DNA of 64,000 nt from Rhizophagus irregularis (taxonomy: Eukaryota), in the NCBI RefSeq assembly GCF_026210795.1, contig NC_089432.1:4526001-4590000 (forward strand). Direction: 5' to 3'. The translations under genes and the position numbers were made by a program. A model generated the notes under the pieces. That model was not told the DNA's origin. It worked only from the letters and a program-made list of their open reading frames with translations, and ran no database searches. Shown in pieces: positions 55,871 to 64,000 of this stretch. Position 1 is the stretch's first letter; each line of letters starts with the position of its first letter.

Positions 55871-57951
55871 TCTTTATAATAAACTCTATAAAGAGTAACT
55901 TTTTCCATCAACAAAATCAATAATTTATACTATTTTTAAGGTCAATTACACTCGGAATAATTTACCTCATTACAATAAGTCCAAATATGGTTAAATTATA
56001 ATTTTATTTTCTATTAATTTTTTTCACACATAACATCCATTAACAGAATATTAAGAAGTTTTTAAATAGTTAGTTTGAACATCTGTCAGTAAATAAAATA
56101 AAACATCAGTTCATAAAAAAACACGTGTCATTATTGAGTAATGTTTAAATTAGTATCATAAAAAATTCCTTGATCGCACGATTTTTAAAGTTAATTATTA
56201 AATATTTCTTTTATACGGGGCTTAAAAATAAAAAAATATTTGTCTTAATATTGACATTCTATCGCGATCTTTTCTTTCATAGTTTATAACAATTAAAATT
56301 GCGTAGATGTGCGGATAACAACTGGAAAAAAAATAATAGTGTAGATCTTGCCTTTAATTCTGGTCAAAAGTTTATTCCCTTTTTTAGATACTGGCTGACA
56401 TTATCTTAATGAAGAAAGGACTACTCCGACCTGATATTTCAGGGTTCTGTTAAATTTATAAGAAATCTTCTCACATCGGTTATTATTTTCAAATATATTG
56501 CGGAAAAAAAGTGTGTGGAAGTATCGACGAGTGTGCAAGGTTTGGGTGTTACGGGCAGATGTATGAGTGTAGAGGTAGAGGTGTAGGTAAAAGCCAACTA
56601 GCATAATAAATCGATGTTTCGTCACTAATAAATAATTTTTTCTTGAATAAAATGTACTACTAATTTTAATTTTTTTTGAAATTCACACAATATATACGTA
56701 ATCATACTTTATTTGTCTTTAGAAATGAGTAACATCATTATGAAATTACAAGTTTAACCCTGAAAAAATTTTTATTATATATTAGTAATTAATTAAAAAA
56801 AAGATTGCAGAAATGGTCCATGTTCGTAATAAATTACTTTTCGAATGATTTCAATTTATTAATAATGGTGTGGTGTTAACATCAGGATTATATAAAAAGA
56901 TTTTAATATGAAATATGCATGTATAGCTAAATTTATCGTAGAAATTAAAGAGCGTTATAATTTACAAATATCATTAAATGAAAGATCTAAATCCGTATCA
57001 TTGTTCTTATAAACAAAATATTAATCAACAAAAATTCGGAAAATTTCAAATTTTTTTATTATAATAACAAGATAAATAACAAACTCCTTTACTGGAATAC
57101 TGGGTAGTGTATTAACCTTCTTATAACAATGTTTACTTGTTACTCTTTTTCGTATTTCTTCTATCTCTTACTTTATTTATCAAATTGAGTGAGTGATTCC
57201 AAATCCATGTCCAGTAATGATTCTAACAATAAAACTTTTTCACGAAGAATTATTTGAAAATATAATCATTTTAGTGACGATTAAAGTACGTCGGTAGAGT
57301 ACTTTTTAATATTAAATTAAACAAATTGTAAGTTGGATCAAATCTTTTACTTAAAAAAGCTGCATAGCTGCATTTTAATATTAAAAATAAGCACATCAGC
57401 AAGAATTTTATATTTGTAAAATTTGTGAAGGAAGGTCAGAAAAGTTTGAGATAAGTGTAAGAAAGAGATTGATATTTTGCAATTGTAAAAGAAATATATG
57501 AAAACAAAAAAAAAAGATAATTAAAAAAAAGTCAACTAGACCATCGTACTCGGCACCAATTTTTCACGAATAAATAATGACATGATTTTTGTTACTATAC
57601 CATTTAATGACAATTTTGGATAATTACTTAGATCCTTTTTCATATTACTTTTAAGCAAATGAGGTTTTTAAGATTAAGCTGTCGTCAATATACTTGATTC
57701 AAAATATATAAATTATGTAATCCAAAAGGAAAAGAGATGTATAATAAAAAATTCACAACCGTACGTTGTAAAATTTACTGCTAATCAAATAATAATAGAT
57801 AAGTATCAGATAACGTTTCAATATAAAAGCTTTAATAAAATATAGCTTGTTGACACTTTGATGTAAAACTATCAATATTATAGTTGTCAGGATTTTGTGG
57901 TAAACCCATTATTAATATGCAAACTACTATTTATTATAAAAATTATATATA

Positions 57952-58421
57952 CAGTGAAATTCGATAAACAGGATCTTCGATAAACCAGATTTGGGCCTAA
58001 ACCCAGACTTTTTTGCTGGAACAAAATCACATATATTAAAATAGTTTTGATATACCAAAGTTTACTAGTAAAAACTCAATATTCGCTATAATGGATCAAT
58101 TTTCTAACCAGCAATAGTAAAATGATTCGATAAACTTGATCACGTGATCATTATCCAATAAAATTTAAGTAACGTGACGCGGTAAATCTTAAATCTTAAT
58201 TCCGGCCGAAGTTATATATTACTTATATATTCCAATTAAAAATATTTTATATTTTCATGAACTCTATGACTTGAAACTAAGATGAAAAATTAAAATATAG
58301 TGTATAGTAATTTTATTAGCATGAATTTTTTAAAAAAATTCATATAATAGATTTTTATAAATATATCGAAATTTTGATATTTTTAGTGGAACCGATAGAT
58401 CCGGTTTATCGAATTTCACTG
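57952..58421. mobile_element. Tc1/mariner(pogo)-type MITE related to 3678-4341
   Basis: TIR cagtgaaattcgataaacaggatct / agatccggtttatcgaatttcactg; TA left, TG right; shared ggttcca.taaaaatatc subterminal sequence. Confidence 0.8.
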
Positions 58422-58783
58422 TGTTGTTGGCTCATTAAGATATTGTAATTATTTATGTATTTATAAGTTACATACAGTATTAGAGAGAAAGATGGGAGTT
58501 AGTACGTGATGCAGTTCTATAGTTAACTTTTCCATAAGACAACCTTCATAAGAGCCAAAAATAAAAAATCTTTTCTTAAAAATATAACTTATTGATAATT
58601 CTTCAATATTACTGCAGATTTGCCCTGCGTACCCAAAAAATCCGAAATGGTCGGCATTACAAATTTGGCCGCCATTAAGTGCGCACATGTGACATATAGC
58701 ATGTGACGAATAGGGGTTGATAATATCACGTGATTTTCGTGACGTTTTAAAAATCATTACTGCGGTACTGCGGCTAATGAAAA

Positions 58784-59218
58784 CAGGGCGGACATGCTTT
58801 ATATCACTTGCCGATCATTTGCCGATCATATAATTATTCGGTGATATGTTACTTTAAAGCTTCGGCCGAAACCACAGAAGTTAGACCGAAACTTGAAACT
58901 TTTATAGGTTATATATAGCTTAACTGTTTTAAAACTAATAGCTGAACTAATTTTAGGTAATCCACGAGTTATGGCCAAATTAATACTTGAAATTATATTG
59001 ATTTAATTTATGTAATAAATATAAATTTTCAAAACATCATTTCTCAATCAATTCTGCATGAACATGGTTAAATAAAAATTATTTTGGTTTTATACGTTGT
59101 GGAATTTGCAAGAAAAATAGCCCAATAATCATATTTTTTTTATGAGATAATATCGAATAGATAATTGAAATGATCGGCAAAATGATCGGCGATAATGTGA
59201 TAATATGAGGATGTCCGC
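58784..59218. mobile_element. MITE inserted in the conserved upstream element of C4
   Basis: gcggacat / atgtccgc ends, gccgatca/tgatcggc subterminal repeats, gctaatga on both sides; absent from all paralogous promoters. Confidence 0.75.
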
Positions 59219-59397
59219 TAATGATAGATGACTTTTTTGTTTGGTGATACTGATGGCGCTGTGTGACAATCAGAGAAAAATCTGCATAAAATACTTAAAA
59301 AGGGATTATTTTATTTAAAAAAAAAAAAATTTTTTTACTTTTGACGTTCATTTGTATTATTTAAAAGCATTCCTGTAAATTATTATTATTATTCAAT

Positions 59398-60525
59398 ATG
59401 TCTGATAATAAGAAAAAAATGCAAGACACTGAAAATACGAATACGAGTGAATGGATTAATTGGATTGAAGAAAAAACTATAATTACAAAACCAGATATAG
59501 CAGAAAATACCCAATTCTCAAGTGAGCAAGGATTTAATGAGGAAACTTTAACTACCAATAGTTCAGAATTACAAGGAAAATTATCTCAAATTTTTGACAA
59601 AATAAACATAGAAGAAATTGATCCTATAACAGTGTTAAAAGAAAGAGACAAACTTTTATTTGAAAAAGGGTTTGATATAATAGTTGATGAAGTAAATGAT
59701 TTAATTTTTAAATTATCAACTAAAGGAATTGAATGGAAGTTAATTGAAAAGCAAGTTATTGAGTATTTTAATGAATATAATACCAATTCACAAGAAATTT
59801 ATAATTGGTTATTAAATAATCAAAATAATTCGAATTCCATTTTTTTACTTGGATATTTTAACTACTTTGGAAATGAAATAAGCAAAAATTACGAGAAAGC
59901 ATTTAATTTATTTATTAATGCATCAGAAAAAAATCATATATTAGCACAAATATTTGCTGGTGAATGTTATCAATGTGGAAATGGAACTATAAAAAACGAA
60001 GAATTAGCTTTTGAATATATTGAAAAAGTGGCTAATAAAAATTTTGCAAATGGACAATTAAGAATTGGTTATTTTTACGAAAATGGAATAGGTATTAAAA
60101 AAGATATAAATAATGCTTTTTATTGGTATGAAAAAGCTGCAAATAATGAAAATATAATGGCTATATATAATCTTGGCTATTGTTATAAAAATGGAAAAGG
60201 TGTTAAAGAAGATTATAATAAAGCTTTTGAATTTTTTAAACAATCAGCTGAAGGACAATATTCAAATGGAATATTGATGTTAGGATATTGTTATGAAAAA
60301 GGTATTGGAACTAAAATTGATATGCAAAAAGCATTTGAATTATATCAAAAAACAGCAAATTTAGGAGAAAAGATAGCACAATATAATCTTGGTCTTATGT
60401 ATGAATATGGAAGTGGAATTACAAAAGATATAGACAAAGCAATTTATTGGTATGAAAAATCTGCCAAACAAGGACATCATAAAGCACAATATGGATTAGA
60501 AATTCTACTTCAAAATAATCAATAA
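59398..60525 (+). CDS. C4: intronless kinase-less Sel1-like repeat protein (375 aa)
   Basis: EWINWIEE fused to KTIITKPDI; about 6 SLRs. Confidence 0.9.
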   Translation: MSDNKKKMQDTENTNTSEWINWIEEKTIITKPDIAENTQFSSEQGFNEETLTTNSSELQGKLSQIFDKINIEEIDPITVLKERDKLLFEKGFDIIVDEVNDLIFKLSTKGIEWKLIEKQVIEYFNEYNTNSQEIYNWLLNNQNNSNSIFLLGYFNYFGNEISKNYEKAFNLFINASEKNHILAQIFAGECYQCGNGTIKNEELAFEYIEKVANKNFANGQLRIGYFYENGIGIKKDINNAFYWYEKAANNENIMAIYNLGYCYKNGKGVKEDYNKAFEFFKQSAEGQYSNGILMLGYCYEKGIGTKIDMQKAFELYQKTANLGEKIAQYNLGLMYEYGSGITKDIDKAIYWYEKSAKQGHHKAQYGLEILLQNNQ

Positions 60526-61079
60526 TCTATAATAAATTTTATTTTTATTAAATTGTAAAACGTAAATCACATTATTTTTTTTCATTTATAAGATAGTAAA
60601 TATATTACTCTAAAATATAATAAATAAATATCTTATTAAATTTATCAATCAATCATTCTTTTATAGATATTTTTCTTTTAATTTTAAAATGTCATTCTAA
60701 GATTATAAATTCATGAGGATTTGAAATTACTTATTTTTTGTCTTAAAAATTATTTGGACTTCAAATAATTTCTTATGAAATAACGGATATCATGCAAATT
60801 AGTATTTATTAATTTGGGACAGCCTTATATAATATTTTGATAGTACACTTTGCTATCTAAGTAAAAGATAGATTTAAAATAATGATACTATAACATATTA
60901 GTAAAGAAATCTCGTCAATCTCATATATTACTTTTAAATACCGTATTGTTTTATTTTTACGCGGTGATAAGTTTTAACCTAAAAATATTATATTGTCATT
61001 AAGAATTTCAATCTTCAAATACTTTTAAATCGATTAATAATGTAATTGTTTAGAAGTATTATTGCAAATGCAATTACAC

Positions 61080-62020
61080 CATCAGGAGATTAAATTATGC
61101 GGATGTTAATGTAGTTTTATCAAATATGGGTAATCCTGAAAATTTACACCTTGAAAAAACTCGTAAATACGCGATATTGTTTAATTTACACTTAAAATAT
61201 AGTATTTGATCATTCGTGTCTAAAATAATTGCATAGATTTTTTATAAACAGAGAAAAATTGTATAAATACATATTTTGAGTATTCTAAATATAAAATAAC
61301 AGTCTAAAATATTTCAACAAATTTTCATCCAAAAAAAAATTGTGTAAATTTACATAAACAAGTAGTTTCGGATATTCACATTCTAAAAAATTGTACAAAC
61401 ATATGATTTTAAGCAATCCATACATAAATACAACAATTCGAAATATTTTGATAAATTTGCGTTTAAAAAAGTAGTGTGGATTTATATAAATAGATAGTTA
61501 CACTATTTTATGATATAAAAAAACATGTAAATATGCAATTTTGCGTAACTTACTCAAAAAGTATGATGATAAATATGAAATATAATAGTGTAAATCAAAA
61601 AAAAAGTTAAATAACATAGTGGTTAAGTTGCGAGATATGATATATAATAAAATAACTCAAGGTAATCAGTTCGATTCCTAATGTAAGCAAAAAAAATAAA
61701 TTAATAAATATAAAAAAATTATGCCGAATAAATAAAAATATTAAGGAAAGAAATAACAAATAAAAGATGAAGGAAAGGAGAAGGGTGAGAAAGAAATAAA
61801 GGGAACAAGAAGAAAAAGAAGAGAATAGAAGAATTTTATTGTGTAATTCCCTTATATTTAATAATACAAAATTTTTTTTATTAAATTAATATAGGAATTC
61901 TCATTATTAAGAATATTTGTGATTTTACACGCCCGTATACCCACGTAGGTGTCGTGAATTTGCGTGATTTTTTACACACGTGTAATTTTGCAAATCTACA
62001 CCCTTTTTAAACTCCTGATG
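61080..62020. mobile_element. TIR element (~940 bp)
   Basis: TIR catcaggagattaaa / tttaaactcctgatg; absent from the inverted paralogous spacer at ~48910-48945. Confidence 0.55.
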
Positions 62021-62614
62021 ACGTCCCACCATAAGACCATGATCACGTATATGTTATAAGCAAGCTATATGATTAAGCTTAATATTGTAATAATTGTTAG
62101 TATAATATTATTAAATATGTTAATTAATATTATGAAAACTATATATATAATGTTAATTTATTAGGATATTGCACTTGTTTATATATTTATAAGTTACATA
62201 CTGGCGACATTTTGACATTCTTTAAATAATATGTACATTAATAATTTTGTATAATGGTAATTATAGCTGATATAATAGTACTAAAATCTGTATTAGAGAA
62301 AGATGAGAGTTACGTGTTTTGATCTATTAATTTAATATAAAGCTTATGAAGGATATAAAAAAGTTTAGTTAAGATAGTCATTCTGGCTCCGTTAGATAAT
62401 AATATTAGTTGTGCGTTATGCATAATGATGCACATAATAATGGTCGCTTGTTCCGATGTAATATTAATACAATTTTTAAAATGTGTACACGCAGTTCTAA
62501 ATAAATCATAAAAAATCATGTGCATTGTAAAATTAAGACATTACTACAGATCACATAATTGATTAACGTTTTCATAGAATACAAATCTTTTTTTTAAAAT
62601 ATGACTTGTTCAAT

Positions 62615-62702
62615 ATTACTGCGGTACTGCGGCTAATGATAGACAGCTATTTGTTTGGTGATACTGATGGCGCTGTGTGACAATCTGCATAAAATACTTA
62701 AA
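62615..62702 (+). promoter_or_regulatory. Conserved upstream element of class B/C genes (representative copy)
   Basis: ttactgcggtactgcggctaatgatagac..tttgtttggtgatactgatggcgctgtgtgacaatc; homologous copies near 15270, 22170, 27770, 34500, 38590, 48425, 51860 and 58757/59220. Confidence 0.7.
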
Positions 62703-62793
62703 AAGGGATTATTCTCATTAAAAAAAATTTTTTTTTTACAACAATCGTATTATGTTAAAAACTTTCCCGTAAAAATTATTATTATTATTCAAT

Positions 62794-63903
62794 ATGTCTT
62801 CTGATAATAAGACGAATACGAACGAATGGATTAATCGGATTGAAGAAAAAACTATAATTACAAAAACAGATATAGCAGAAAATACCCAATTCTCAAGCGA
62901 GCGAGGACTTAATGAGGAAACTTTATTAACTACCAATATTTCAGAATTACAAGGAAAATTATCTCAAATTTTTGACAAAATAAATATAAAAGAGATTAAT
63001 CCTATAACAGTATCAAAAGAAAGAGAGAAACTTTCATTTGAAAAAGGTTTTGACATAATAGTTGATGAAATAAATGATTTAATTTTTAAATCATTTAATG
63101 AAGGAATTGGAATTGAACCTAAATTATTAAAAAAAAAATTTATTGACCATTTTAATAATTATAATACTAATTCAAAAGAAATTTATAATTGGTTATTAAA
63201 TAATCAAAATAATTCAAATTCCATTTTTTTACTTGGATATTTAAATCGCTTTGGAATTGGAACAAGTAAAAATAATAAGAAAGCATTTAATTTATTTATC
63301 AGTGCATCAGAAAAACATCATTTTTTAGCACAAACTTTTGCTGGTGAATGTTATCAATGTGGAAATGGAATTACAAAAAATGAAAAATTAGCTTTTGATT
63401 ATTTAGAAAAACTTGCTAATAAAAATTTTGCACATGGACAATATAGAATTGGTTATTTTTATGAAAATGGAATAGGTATTAAAAAAGATTTAAAAAAGGC
63501 TTTTCATTATTATGAAAAATCTGCAAATAATGGGAACAAAATGGCTACATATATTCTTGGTTATTGTTATAAAAATGGAAAGGGTGTTGAAAAAGATTAT
63601 AATAAAGCTTTTGAATTATTTAGACAATCAGCTACAGGAGAATATTCAAATGGAATAGTAATGTTAGGATATTGTTATGAAATTGGTATTGGAATTGAAA
63701 TTGATATGCAAAAAGCATTTGAATTATATCAAAAATCAGCGGATTTAGAAAATATGGTAGCACAATATAATCTTGGTGTTATGTATGAAAATGGGAAAGA
63801 AATTACAAAAGATTTAAACAAAGCAATTTATTGGTATAAGAAATCTGCGCAACAAGGATATCAAAAAGCACATTATAGATTAAATTTACTTCAATACCAA
63901 TAA
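62794..63903 (+). CDS. C5: intronless kinase-less Sel1-like repeat protein (369 aa)
   Basis: EWINRIEE fused to KTIITKTDI; about 6 SLRs. Confidence 0.9.
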   Translation: MSSDNKTNTNEWINRIEEKTIITKTDIAENTQFSSERGLNEETLLTTNISELQGKLSQIFDKINIKEINPITVSKEREKLSFEKGFDIIVDEINDLIFKSFNEGIGIEPKLLKKKFIDHFNNYNTNSKEIYNWLLNNQNNSNSIFLLGYLNRFGIGTSKNNKKAFNLFISASEKHHFLAQTFAGECYQCGNGITKNEKLAFDYLEKLANKNFAHGQYRIGYFYENGIGIKKDLKKAFHYYEKSANNGNKMATYILGYCYKNGKGVEKDYNKAFELFRQSATGEYSNGIVMLGYCYEIGIGIEIDMQKAFELYQKSADLENMVAQYNLGVMYENGKEITKDLNKAIYWYKKSAQQGYQKAHYRLNLLQYQ

Positions 63904-64000
63904 TTTGTAATAAATTCTATCTTTATTAAATTATAAAATGTAAAAATTAAATTTGCTACATTATTTTTTTTTTTAATTAACAAAATAGTAAATACAGTAC

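Noticed and set aside
21669..60243. Recurrent ~61-aa overlapping or antisense ORFs in SLR exons
   Set aside because: By-products of the conserved main frame; recurrence follows paralogy.
14115..63903. Intronless class C genes as retrocopies
   Set aside because: They keep homologous upstream and downstream flanks, and all introns lie within the deleted kinase segment.

Overview
Very AT-rich eukaryotic DNA with short GT-AG introns; gene content and style point to an arbuscular mycorrhizal fungus (Glomeromycotina, Rhizophagus-like), which is an inference. The window is a cluster of 12 paralogues of one architecture: N-terminal TKL-type protein kinase, helical linker, C-terminal Sel1-like repeats (SLRs). 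They come in three states. (A) Three tandem 5-exon pseudokinase-SLR genes (0.5-10.2 kb) with HRD->HHN and an altered Gly loop. (B) Four 5-exon genes with canonical kinase motifs (25.4, 32.1, 38.8 and 49.5 kb; the last is frameshifted in the SLRs). (C) Five intronless kinase-less genes in which the first ~8-25 codons are fused in frame to the post-kinase region, with three different junctions. Aligned SLR helix positions are highly variable between paralogues, and classes B and C share a conserved upstream element, in most copies with a TACTGCGG direct repeat. The cluster was built by tandem and inverted segmental duplication, including a promoter swap. Spacers hold decayed kinase relics, non-LTR retroelement relics, two Helitron-like elements, a foldback element and about ten MITE-like elements, several with empty sites in paralogous spacers. 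Best candidate for an undescribed system: a diversifying sensor array of active kinase, pseudokinase and kinase-less (decoy-like) SLR proteins.
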